Of a DNA stretch of 64,000 nucleotides, positions 31,962-45,043 are shown in pieces. This stretch comes from the human T2T-CHM13v2.0 reference genome, Homo sapiens. Location of the stretch: NCBI RefSeq assembly GCF_009914755.1, contig NC_060933.1; one strand, 5' to 3'. Position 1 is the first letter of the stretch. The number at the start of each line of letters is the position of its first letter. Below the pieces are notes generated by a model, which ran no database searches, was not told the origin of the DNA, and saw only the letters and a list, made by a program, of their open reading frames with translations. A program made the position numbers and the translations under genes.

Positions 31962-32150
31962 TAGATTGCTTCATTTGTTCCTGCCAACAGCCCACTGAAA
32001 TAAGTATTAAAATTCTGTGCCCAGTGAAGAAACAGAGAGGGTGTTTGTGATGCTCGGAAACCAATAATATTGTGTGTAGCTCTCAACTCAAGTTCAGGGT
32101 ATGCTGACACCTTGCCATTTGTCTCCTCAAATGGTCGTATGTATTTCCAG

Positions 32151-32333
32151 GTGAGAAATAAGAAAGGCTGCTGACTTTACCATCTGAGGCCACACATCTG
32201 CTGAAATGGAGATAATTAACATCACTAGAAACAGCAAGATGACAATATAATGTCTAAGTAGTGACATGTTTTTGCACATTTCCAGCCCCTTTAAATATCC
32301 ACACACACAGGAAGCACAAAAGGAAGCACAGAG
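32151..32333 (+). ncRNA. PCA3: PCA3 exon 3 (183 nt)
   Basis: Acceptor gtatttccag|GTGAGAAAT; donor CACAGAG|gtaagt. Confidence 0.95.
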
Positions 32334-34132
32334 GTAAGTGCTTTATAAAGCACTCAATTTCTACTCAGAAATTTTTGATGGCCTTAAGTTCCTCTACTCG
32401 TTTCTATCCTTCCTACTCACTGTCCTCCCGGAATCCACTACCGATTTTCTATTTCTTGCCTCGTATTGTCTGACTGGCTCACTTGGATTTATCCTCACGG
32501 AGTCTGGATTTTCTACCCGGGCTCACCTCCGTCCCTCCATATTTGTCCTCCACTTTCACAGATCCCTGGGAGAAATGCCCGGCCGCCATCTTGGGTCATC
32601 GATGAGCCTCGCCCTGTGCCTGGTCCCGCTTGTGAGGGAAGGACATTAGAAAATGAATTGATGTGTTCCTTAAAGGATGGGCAGGAAAACAGATCCTGTT
32701 GTGGATATTTATTTGAACGGGATTACAGATTTGAAATGAAGTCACAAAGTGAGCATTACCAATGAGAGGAAAACAGACGAGAAAATCTTGATGGCTTCAC
32801 AAGACATGCAACAAACAAAATGGAATACTGTGATGACATGAGGCAGCCAAGCTGGGGAGGAGATAACCACGGGGCAGAGGGTCAGGATTCTGGCCCTGCT
32901 GCCTAAACTGTGCGTTCATAACCAAATCATTTCATATTTCTAACCCTCAAAACAAAGCTGTTGTAATATCTGATCTCTACGGTTCCTTCTGGGCCCAACA
33001 TTCTCCATATATCCAGCCACACTCATTTTTAATATTTAGTTCCCAGATCTGTACTGTGACCTTTCTACACTGTAGAATAACATTACTCATTTTGTTCAAA
33101 GACCCTTCGTGTTGCTGCCTAATATGTAGCTGACTGTTTTTCCTAAGGAGTGTTCTGGCCCAGGGGATCTGTGAACAGGCTGGGAAGCATCTCAAGATCT
33201 TTCCAGGGTTATACTTACTAGCACACAGCATGATCATTACGGAGTGAATTATCTAATCAACATCATCCTCAGTGTCTTTGCCCATACTGAAATTCATTTC
33301 CCACTTTTGTGCCCATTCTCAAGACCTCAAAATGTCATTCCATTAATATCACAGGATTAACTTTTTTTTTTAACCTGGAAGAATTCAATGTTACATGCAG
33401 CTATGGGAATTTAATTACATATTTTGTTTTCCAGTGCAAAGATGACTAAGTCCTTTATCCCTCCCCTTTGTTTGATTTTTTTTCCAGTATAAAGTTAAAA
33501 TGCTTAGCCTTGTACTGAGGCTGTATACAGCCACAGCCTCTCCCCATCCCTCCAGCCTTATCTGTCATCACCATCAACCCCTCCCATGCACCTAAACAAA
33601 ATCTAACTTGTAATTCCTTGAACATGTCAGGCATACATTATTCCTTCTGCCTGAGAAGCTCTTCCTTGTCTCTTAAATCTAGAATGATGTAAAGTTTTGA
33701 ATAAGTTGACTATCTTACTTCATGCAAAGAAGGGACACATATGAGATTCATCATCACATGAGACAGCAAATACTAAAAGTGTAATTTGATTATAAGAGTT
33801 TAGATAAATATATGAAATGCAAGATCCACAGAGGGAATGTTTATGGGGCACGTTTGTAAGCCTGGGATGTGAAGCAAAGGCAGGGAACCTCATAGTATCT
33901 TATATAATATACTTCATTTCTCTATCTCTATCACAATATCCAACAAGCTTTTCACAGAATTCATGCAGTGCAAATCCCCAAAGGTAACCTTTATCCATTT
34001 CATGGTGAGTGCGCTTTAGAATTTTGGCAAATCATACTGGTCACTTATCTCAACTTTGAGATGTGTTTGTCCTTGTAGTTAATTGAAAGAAATAGGGCAC
34101 TCTTGTGAGCCACTTTAGGGTTCACTCCTGGC

Positions 34133-34138
34133 AATAAA
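34133..34138 (+). terminator. PCA3: Canonical polyadenylation signal for the internal PCA3 exon 4 3' end
   Basis: AATAAA at 34133-34138, followed by a GT-rich (TG)n tract at 34180-34203. Confidence 0.75.
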
Positions 34139-35834
34139 GAATTTACAAAGAGCTACTCAGGACCAGTTGTTAAGAGCTCTGTGTGTGTGTGTGTGTGTGT
34201 GTGAGTGTACATGCCAAAGTGTGCCTCTCTCTCTTTGACCCATTATTTCAGACTTAAAAACAAGCATGTTTTCAAATGGCACTATGAGCTGCCAATGATG
34301 TATCACCACCATATCTCATTATTCTCCAGTAAATGTGATAATAATGTCATCTGTTAACATAAAAAAAGTTTGACTTCACAAAAGCAGCTGGAAATGGACA
34401 ACCACAATATGCATAAATCTAACTCCTACCATCAGCTACACACTGCTTGACATATATTGTTAGAAGCACCTCGCATTTGTGGGTTCTCTTAAGCAAAATA
34501 CTTGCATTAGGTCTCAGCTGGGGCTGTGCATCAGGCGGTTTGAGAAATATTCAATTCTCAGCAGAAGCCAGAATTTGAATTCCCTCATCTTTTAGGAATC
34601 ATTTACCAGGTTTGGAGAGGATTCAGACAGCTCAGGTGCTTTCACTAATGTCTCTGAACTTCTGTCCCTCTTTGTGTTCATGGATAGTCCAATAAATAAT
34701 GTTATCTTTGAACTGATGCTCATAGGAGAGAATATAAGAACTCTGAGTGATATCAACATTAGGGATTCAAAGAAATATTAGATTTAAGCTCACACTGGTC
34801 AAAAGGAACCAAGATACAAAGAACTCTGAGCTGTCATCGTCCCCATCTCTGTGAGCCACAACCAACAGCAGGACCCAACGCATGTCTGAGATCCTTAAAT
34901 CAAGGAAACCAGTGTCATGAGTTGAATTCTCCTATTATGGATGCTAGCTTCTGGCCATCTCTGGCTCTCCTCTTGACACATATTAGCTTCTAGCCTTTGC
35001 TTCCACGACTTTTATCTTTTCTCCAACACATCGCTTACCAATCCTCTCTCTGCTCTGTTGCTTTGGACTTCCCCACAAGAATTTCAACGACTCTCAAGTC
35101 TTTTCTTCCATCCCCACCACTAACCTGAATGCCTAGACCCTTATTTTTATTAATTTCCAATAGATGCTGCCTATGGGCTATATTGCTTTAGATGAACATT
35201 AGATATTTAAAGCTCAAGAGGTTCAAAATCCAACTCATTATCTTCTCTTTCTTTCACCTCCCTGCTCCTCTCCCTATATTACTGATTGCACTGAACAGCA
35301 TGGTCCCCAATGTAGCCATGCAAATGAGAAACCCAGTGGCTCCTTGTGGTACATGCATGCAAGACTGCTGAAGCCAGAAGGATGACTGATTACGCCTCAT
35401 GGGTGGAGGGGACCACTCCTGGGCCTTCGTGATTGTCAGGAGCAAGACCTGAGATGCTCCCTGCCTTCAGTGTCCTCTGCATCTCCCCTTTCTAATGAAG
35501 ATCCATAGAATTTGCTACATTTGAGAATTCCAATTAGGAACTCACATGTTTTATCTGCCCTATCAATTTTTTAAACTTGCTGAAAATTAAGTTTTTTCAA
35601 AATCTGTCCTTGTAAATTACTTTTTCTTACAGTGTCTTGGCATACTATATCAACTTTGATTCTTTGTTACAACTTTTCTTACTCTTTTATCACCAAAGTG
35701 GCTTTTATTCTCTTTATTATTATTATTTTCTTTTACTACTATATTACGTTGTTATTATTTTGTTCTCTATAGTATCAATTTATTTGATTTAGTTTCAATT
35801 TATTTTTATTGCTGACTTTTAAAATAAGTGATTC

Positions 35835-36013
35835 GGGGGGTGGGAGAACAGGGGAGGGAGAGCATTAGGACAAATACCTAATGCATGTGGGACTTAAAAC
35901 CTAGATGATGGGTTGATAGGTGCAGCAAACCACTATGGCACACGTATACCTGTGTAACAAACCTACACATTCTGCACATGTATCCCAGAACGTAAAGTAA
36001 AATTTAAAAAAAA
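35835..36013 (+). mobile_element. L1PA-type 3' terminal fragment
   Basis: G-rich tract, agcattaggacaaatacctaatgcatg...gggttgataggtgcagcaaaccac...tgcacatgtatcccagaac, then an A tail. Confidence 0.88.
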
Positions 36014-39000
36014 GTGATCCTTTGCCATGTTTGTTAGCCTTTTTCTACATACAGTAGTTCACTTTTCCACTTATAAATTTATTTTTTTAAGGTAGAAAAT
36101 TGCACACATCGCACATGCTCATCCCTTTGTCTCCATAGCCAAAGACACTGCTTTGCTCCAGTCCTGCAGCAGCTTCAACCTGGCCTGTTAATAGCAATGG
36201 CCTCCACGATGCTTTCATGGTCACTAGACAGTCCTCTCCAATCCCGCCTCCCACTGCCCACAGGAGAAAGCCCCGTCTAGTTGCACAGTGCCGAAGGCCT
36301 TAGAGCCCAGCTCCTCCCGACTTCCTCTCCTGTGACCGCAGCTTCCGGCCCTGTCTGTGCTGCCGCAGCTTCCCACATCTCCATGGTCACCAAGCGTTCC
36401 TTCCCACACATGGCCTCGGAACATTCCCTGTCTAGGATGCCTTTTCCCCCTTTCTTCCACCTAGCTTCTCCATCCTTTAAGATTCGGCTCAAGAGTCCCT
36501 GACTTCTGAAGCCATTACCAGCAACTAAAGTTCTTTGTGCCCTCACCTGGTTTTCTAATATTTGTCAATAGACTATGAGAGCCTTATAACTCACAGGACC
36601 TATTTCTTTGAAAGATTTGTGTCTCCTAAAGACATGGCATTTCCTAGGTAATAATTTCCCTAGTTTTACTGAAGACATAAGAGTCAAAACACCATCAAGC
36701 AACCATCAGATGTTAACTCACCAAACAGATATATTCTAGTCGAAAGAAACATCTCTTACCGTGGCTAGAGTTACCACAAGTAAATGATTGTGAATTCAGT
36801 TGATAGTTATTATATATACTGGACATTAAACTCACAAACCACTACTTTCCTCTTTGTAAACTTCTTAAGGTGCACTGTAGCACAGTGGTCCCAGGCATGC
36901 ATTTGGAGCCAGAGTTCCTGGATTGAAAGGCGTCTCTATTCACCAGCCATGTGCCCTTGGGGAAAAGCTCAATCCTGCTCATCTGTAAAATGGGGGTGTT
37001 GACAACAATGACAGTGTGTGGCAAGTATTGAATAAATGCACAAAGAGCACTTAAAGCAGTGCTTGACACAACTTAAACATTTGAAATTTGTTCATTATCA
37101 TCACTATTCCAATTTGACAATGAAGACAACCTGAGTGGGGCCACATCTGGTGACTGGAGATGGCAGAGATCACAAATCTTATAAGAAGAGAGAGAGACTC
37201 ATATTTGCAAGTAGAGAGAAACTAATTAATTCTTGACACCTGGTTAGCACTCAAAACAGGTCTGGTTCATGGAATTAAATGAGTCAGGTCCCAATCTGTG
37301 TCTCTGTTTTATTAATGTGAATCTCAGGAAAGGGTATGTATATAAGCTTCAAGATGGAGTTAAGGTAGCTCTATCCTGGCTGTGCCTTGTTAGGAAGAGC
37401 AAGTATCATACAAACTCTCAAGGATCCTTCTCTCCCAGGGAAGACTCGTGGGAGGGAGGGCCTAGTAGGAGCTTGAGGTATTTCCTCATAATTTTCTTCA
37501 GCCTCCACCCTCATATTTTCAGATGGACAATAGATATGTTTACATTTTTGTGAAAAGTACTTTGCATGCACAGCTTCAAGACAAGCCCCTTCAAGTATTT
37601 ATATTGCCATCTTGAGCCAATATAAAAATCAAGAAACTTCACCTTCCAGATAATTCCTCCTGCTTTGATAGTGTTTTACCTGTGACGATGGGCTTCATAT
37701 CCACTGACCTTTCAAACATCATGACTCTTTGATGTAACCATAGCAATCACTATTATTCCCATTTTACAAAAGAAGAAATGGGGCTTGAAGAGGTTTTGAC
37801 TTGCTGAAGTTTATGGCACTAGTAGATCATGGAGCCAAGACTCGACTCCCAGACTGTAAATCTCTCATCCAGTGGTCTTCTCACTGTATCCAGGAATCAC
37901 ACCTTCTTTCCAAATAAAAGCTGTTACTCTAGGGGGCTCCAATGTGGAGGCCTCTCCTCTGCAAATAGCACTTGGTGGATCAGCAGCAATATTCAAAACA
38001 GAGACGACTACTGGCACATGCAGCTTCCCTAGAAGGCCCTCCATTAGGAGTCGACCAAGGAGCAAGGTAGGAACTCTTCAATTAGATACCACCAAGCATC
38101 CCCGCAAGGTTTCCCCACACACTTATGGCTGGGAGACAGGGCTATGGTCAGTGAGGAGAGTTTTCTGCTTCACCATTGATTAACATTCTCCTGCCTGGGC
38201 CTCTCCTCTCTCCTCTCACATCCTGAAAGTCCTGGGTGATTGACAACCAGGAATTATTGTCTACGAATCTTCATTAACATCTTGGTGGTCCCTAATGATG
38301 CATCAGATATGGAGGGGCTGGGCAGGGGATTCTTCTTAGAGGAGCTCATGGCCCTGGTTCTAAGAATGATGCAAGAAGATCCTCAGATAAATGTGCAACC
38401 CCCTCTTTATCATGAACAAGGGTCAAAAAGCAAAGGTAGTAGGGGTGGGGCCACTTCTAAGTTAATTAAGCCTTGGGAAGTTGCAACATGAATTTCCAGA
38501 TGGGCCAATAAAATGCAGGAACTGATAAAGAGTCCTTGTTCCAAGGGTTTGAATGCTCTTTTTCTCCATGAAGCTTCCTCTGAACCCTCCAGGCTGACTT
38601 TGTTCATACTCCAAGTAAGCATGCAGGTTTACTAGAAGGCGGTTTTCTAAAAGCTAGGCTACCTTCTGAGAGCAGCTTGAGGAAAGAGGCCATGTCTTTG
38701 TGTCCCAACAATTCCCATGCTAGCACATGGCCCAGTTTGTTGCAATAATGAATTAATCAATAGATTATTTAGTGATATGTCAATTATAGAAAACTACAGC
38801 ACTTCTAGCCACAGTGACCTCTAGTTAACTAGTTAATGGGGAATTTTCATGCCAGTAAAACATAAGAACATATAATCAGTCACTTCTGACATCTGTATTC
38901 TCAAATCTAAGAAGCAGGCCACAATAAAACTGCTACTCTCCCTCTCTCTAGGTACCATTTGATGTAGTTGCCATTTGTTTTGTACCCACCAGCAGTAACC

Positions 39001-39429
39001 CACTTCCCACCCTGACTCCCAGGAAAGCTGCATTTAATTAAATTAGGATCGGTGCAGGAAAAGCAAAGGAAAAAAGTCCACAATAGATCTTATAAAAATA
39101 AGAAGGAGAAAGGTTGTGCTTTCTCATATTCACTGGATGTGGATGTGTGTTTGCCATAAATGAGACCTGCTGTGAGAATGATGCTGGGTTTCCCATCTGG
39201 CAAATATCAGATTGAGACACACAACAAGAAATGATGTTTTATTCTTGAATTAATTCCATTCAGTTTATTTGGAGTGTCATCATATTCAATAAGCACTCAA
39301 GAAACAACATGATTGGAAATCCAATGAGGCTTCCAAATACAATGGAAGACAGTTAATGACCAAACTTTTTGAAGTCAAGAAAAGCACATTTTACTACTAT
39401 TTGGAATTCAAGTTTAAAACTGATTCTTT

Positions 39430-39650
39430 TAGATAAATACTGCATGATCTCACTTATACGTGAAATCTAAAATAGTCAAACTCGTAACAGCAGAGAGCAG
39501 AACAGTGACTGCCAGAGGTTGAGGGATTGCAGTTAATGGGGAGATGTTGGTCAAAGGGCACAAACTTTCAGCTATGTGATGAGTAAGTTCTGTGGACCTA
39601 ATGCACAGAATGGTGACTACATACTGTAATATACTGTATTAATACTACTG
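39430..39650 (+). mobile_element. L1M 3' UTR fragment
   Basis: aaatactgcatgatctcacttata...gggagatgttggtcaaaggg...atggtgact. Confidence 0.78.
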
Positions 39651-39660
39651 TACCATATAC

Positions 39661-40082
39661 TGCACCAATTATCATTGGTACAATAATACTGCACCAATTA
39701 TCATTGGTACAATAATACTGCACCAATTATCATTGGTACAATAATACTGCACCAATTATCATTGGTACAATAATACTGCACCAATTATCATTGGTACAAT
39801 AATACTGCACCAATTATCATTGGTACAATAATACTGCACCAATTATCATTGGTACAATAATACTGCACCAATTATCATTGGTACAATAATACTGCACCAA
39901 TTATCATTGGTACAATAATACTGCACCAATTATCATTGGTACAATAATACTGCACCAATTATCATTGGTACAATAATACTGCACCAATTATCATTGGTAC
40001 AATAATACTGCACCAATTATCATTGGTACAATAATACTGCACCAATTATTATTGGTACAATAATACTGTACCAATAATACTG
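39661..40082. repeat. 29-bp minisatellite (14 full copies plus a partial)
   Basis: Unit TGCACCAATTATCATTGGTACAATAATAC; 13 identical copies, the 14th with one C>T, then TGTACCAATAATACTG. Confidence 0.97.
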
Positions 40083-40499
40083 ACTTCCTGAGTTTTATCT
40101 CATCAAAGGAAGACCACGGGGCATCCACTGATCATGGCTGAGGTGATACAACTGCATAGCAGAGAAAGGACTCAAGGAGTACAATGGATTTGGAAGAATA
40201 GATAAAGAGCCAGACTACCCTGTCCCCCGACTAGATTCAGAAGCACCTGACTAAGGGAGGGGGAAAGAATCCGAAAGGAAAGCAAGAAAGCTGAGAGGCT
40301 GGTGAGGCCTTGGGAGAGATGCCGGCAGGACCTGAGAAAGGGCAGGGGCTGGGGAGAAGGAGGGAGGGAAGGGAACACTTCAGACAGATTTGAGCATGCA
40401 GGGGCATGCTCCCAAGGAGGGTCTGAGAAAGTAGACAACATCAGTGTTTCCTGTGCCTTTGTGCGAGGCCAGGGTGGGAGCAGTGTATAAGTGGGGTAC

Positions 40500-40854
40500 T
40501 GATATGGTTTGGCTGTATCCCCACCCAAATCTCATTTTGAATTATAGCTGCTATAATTCCCATGTGTGGTGGGAGGGGCCTGGTGGGAGGTAATTGAATC
40601 ATGGGGGTGGCTCTTTCCCATGCTGTTCTCGTGATAGTAAATAAGTCTCTGATGGTTTTATAAAGGGGAGTTCCCTGCACATGCCCTCTTGCCTGTCACC
40701 ATGTAAGATGTGACTATGCTCCTCCTTCACCTTCCACCATGATTGTGAGGCCTCCCCAGCCATGTGGAACTGTGAGTCCATTAAACCTCTTTCTTTTATA
40801 AACTACCCAATCTCGGGTATGTCCTTATTAGCAGCGTGAGAATGGACTAACACA
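40500..40854 (+). mobile_element. THE1 (ERVL-MaLR) solo LTR
   Basis: TGATATGGTTTGGCTGT...GGACTAACACA; perfect 5-bp TSD GGTAC. Confidence 0.93.
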
Positions 40855-42756
40855 GGTACTGAGGCAGGTCAGGACTAAAGTCTCACAGAGGACAGAACGA
40901 GAGGAATGAGAGGGCTGCAGGATGCTTCTCCACATGCCCCCCAGGTGATATTGTTAGGCAGAGAGAAATAGGCCGGGTCATCAGGATGCAACATTCTCAT
41001 CTGCATTATTCAAAAAATAAATAATTCTATCAGCAAAACTAACATATTATGGTTTTAATGTACATTTTGTCCACTACTTAAAGATAAATATTTTTTCACA
41101 GATTTATTAGCTATTTAAGTCTTTTGTTCTTTTTTAAATGAAAGATTTAGCTATGTTCTTATTAATTTGTAAAGATTCTTCATAAAGATGTTACTATTTG
41201 CCAATAATAGCAAATATTTTCTCAACTTTATTTTTATTTTGGTCTTTTAATGTAAACATATTTGTTTCTCTAGATTCAGGCAATATTATGCTAGCTATCT
41301 AGCAAATGCTAGTACAGTATTCATGATATGCTAGCAAGGTACTTCATTTTAATTACATTTTCTCTAATGTCCTTGGTGTCCCTGAAAGGGGGGGCTTACT
41401 AGTCCATTTTACTGGCAACAAAACTGATGCTTAGGGCTAAAGAATTTGTCCAAAGTTAAAGTGCCAGTATAAGGAATCCAAATCCAAGTCTATTATGCCA
41501 TGTGGGGTTTGGTACATCTTCTGCAATTATAATATACAGGCAAAGCAGAGTGCAGAAGGAGCTTCCTGACTGTGGCTTCTTATACTGGAGGAAGTGGCAA
41601 ATTAGTAGAATAAAGGGACACCGTTTCAAACACTGAGAGATATGTACACAAAGAGTTAAGTAAATAATGTAAATAATTCTGCACATAGCAAACAATGAAC
41701 AATAAATAATAATGAACAATAAACATGATCGTTATTAACCCAAGAGGAGGTTTACAAGCAAAAGTTGTAAATGTGTTCTGTAAAGGGGTGGAGGATTGAC
41801 GAACATTTGCCTCAATGATTAACAGAATGAAATCGATGTTAGTGAATGAAGTTAATGAATGAAGCTAAGCTAAGGTCCATTATGGCTATCTAGGGGCCAT
41901 CTCATTAGAGCCACTGATGGCAACAGATACTGTACTGAGAGACCCTGCAGCTGGCTTAGAAGGGTGACTCTCTTACCTTCCACCAGGTTCCATTCAAACC
42001 AGAAATAACTGTGAAGGGAGCAGGAACTCTGGGCATCATTTGCTCAACTACATATCACCAGTTTGAATTGGCTTAGACTTAGAATCATAGAAGTTTTTAC
42101 TCAAGAGGTCACACACATCTAATTTTCAGCCCTGTTCCTACACCCTGCCCATTATTGTTCTTGAAAAAAGGAAAAAGAAAAAAAAAAGGCTCAGAGAGGT
42201 TACACAATTATCTTATGTTCACCCAGCTAGTTCATTACAAATCTAGGTCTAGAATCCCAGTCTTTTAATTCCCATTTCATAGTTCTTTGTTCCATACAAC
42301 ATGGTCTATAGCATTTCAGCAAATCTGATATTTCTTCCAGCCTGCTTTTCAAAAAGGCGTGGGCTATAAAGACATTATGAACTTACCCAGTAAGGGCTTG
42401 GGCAACCACAGATATCCCTTTGTTTCTTAACAATGCTTTGCTTTGTCTGAAGCCAAGCAGGTTTTTTTTATTGTTTTAATAAGGCCTACTTTAATAAGCC
42501 TAGTTACTATTTATTGAGCACTTAATATATATCAGGAACTACTGAGAATTTTACCTACACTAAATCTTAAAAACAATCCTATGAACTAGGTTTTTAAGTA
42601 TCTTTTTCACCAACGAGATACGGTGCTTCAGAGAAAATAAATAAATATGCTGATATGGCAAATGGCGGAACCAGGATTTCAGACTCAGGCCCTGGGGCTC
42701 AGCCTCAGGAGGTATCTGGAGGCAGTAAGGTGGTGGCAAAGAGCGCGGCCTCCGAG

Positions 42757-43116
<360 letters not shown>

Positions 43117-45043
43117 TTAGTTTCTTCACCATTTAGTAGCTGTCCGACCTCGAGCAAAGTTACATACCTTCTCCAGGCCTCAGTCATCTGCTATATATGT
43201 ATAATGGGAATGCAAATACCAAGTAACTACCTCATGGAGTGACCCTAAGAATTAAATAGGACAAATCACATTAAGTTTTAAGCAAAGTGTCCAGAACATA
43301 CTCAGAATTTGATATGTATTACCAATTATTATAATTATTATTACTTGAATTATCAGTCTGTTGATGTAGACCTACTAGAAGGAAAAAATACCCTCCAATG
43401 CTCTTCTGCCTGCCACGAAGGAAGGCAAGAGAAGTTACTGGACTCCCACTGCTCTAACATATGGTCAGAGACAACAGAGAAGCCTTACCTGGGAATGGGG
43501 GCCTAATTGAATGACGCTGGCCAGGGTGACTGGGTTCCAGCTGTCGGATGCTGAGAGGAAGCTTTGGCCAATCTCCAGAATGAATATGCATGAACTATTA
43601 CTCTAGCTAGGTCTCAGTATCATACCCTATCAGTATCTCGGGCACACATGTGTCCAAAGAGCAGATCTGCCTTCTAGATAATGCTACCATCAGTAACACT
43701 GGGCTTCAAAGACATCACACCGTCAAAACACCATAACTATGGTCACCAAACTGCGGAGACCCAGACAAACATTGAGAGAAGTCAGGCACTAGACCCAGAC
43801 CCCTGCCTTTGAGAGGGGTCTTATTTCTGATCCCTCCAATGTCATTCTGTGAATCCCATCTTAGCAGACCCCATTGGATCTTGAAACAGCCCCAGCCCAG
43901 AGACAGTTCACAATTCAACTTGTCTTGGTTTGTGATTCAACCTGATTTTGAGTTACTAATAGCCCCTGGGGGGGAGCATGTTCTCCCAAAAGTGATGTGA
44001 TCATGTTATCTCTGCCTTATGGTTTCTTGTACACGAGCCTAAAAGGGGAAAGAGGGGGCACAGAAAGGGGCAGAGGAAGGAAGGGGAGATAAATGCAAAT
44101 ATTTTGTTCACCGTAAAAATACAGAATTTTATTGACAGGATCCAAATACGGTACTTTTAATGAATCATGTAGTCCACCTTCTATACCTGGTGGTTAGTAC
44201 ATCCCATTAATTCAAAGCCCCAGGTGTACATAAAAATCACACATAACTTTTTTAACAAATGGCCAGAAACCATTTAATATTGAAGTACTTCTGCCTGGAC
44301 ATTGACTTTTCATATTGAGAAAATTTCTGAGAGAATAAGACTCAAACAGATAGATATTGGTATTGGGACTATAAGACTACCGTAAAACAACTGCAGAATC
44401 TGATAAATCAAGGGAACTAATTTACTGTTCCAATCACTCACTTCACAGGTGCCTCATTTCAAAGTTTAACCCAGGCTCTAATGTTTAAATCAAGTTTGTG
44501 TATAATTTGGGTAAATAAAATGCTTTTCTTTACAAAAGATATATGATCACTCATAAAATTTTGCCAGGTAAATTGCTTAAGAACGCACAGCACTCTTCTA
44601 TTAGCAACCTAAGATCCAAATCTTGCTAGCTCCAAAGGAATTTTTTAAATAAGCAAGAAGAGGAACTGTAGAAGGGACCACGCAATGGACTGGTTCAATG
44701 ACAATATCATTAAATGACAAGGGCTGATAAAATAAAGCCTCGCTACGATCATTACCCCAGGGCACAGGAGAAGCACACATGCTTCTCCTCCTGAGGCCCT
44801 CATGCCCCAGGAAGGATAGGCAAAGAAACATGCGTGGTGAGAAAGCAGAAATCTGAGAGGATTCTGTAAAAGAACTTGAATCATCAAGATCCTCATTTTG
44901 GCACGGCCCCCACCACTTCTTCCCCTGATTGGTGTCACAAGTGTCTGGCATGCACTTTATGCTACTCACACAACCTGTTTTACTATAAAATGGGTAGACT
45001 GAAAGAATGCCTCCTTACAGCTGGCATTTATGCATTTCCTAAT

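Larger units (their letters stand above)
32562..36017 (+). ncRNA. PCA3: PCA3 exon 4 (terminal exon, alternative polyadenylation)
   Basis: Acceptor ctccactttcacag|ATCCCTGGG after a 228-nt intron 3; the distal end is recalled from the cDNA (…AAAATTTAAAAAAAAGTGA). Confidence 0.9.

Noticed and set aside
32338-32765. 103-aa and 99-aa + strand ORFs over PCA3 intron 3/exon 4
   Set aside because: They start at non-ATG codons within the intron; only the spliced 51-aa ORF is plausible.
39661-40082. CRISPR-like array (29-bp palindromic repeats)
   Set aside because: Units are head-to-tail with no unique spacers, there are no cas genes, and the DNA is human.
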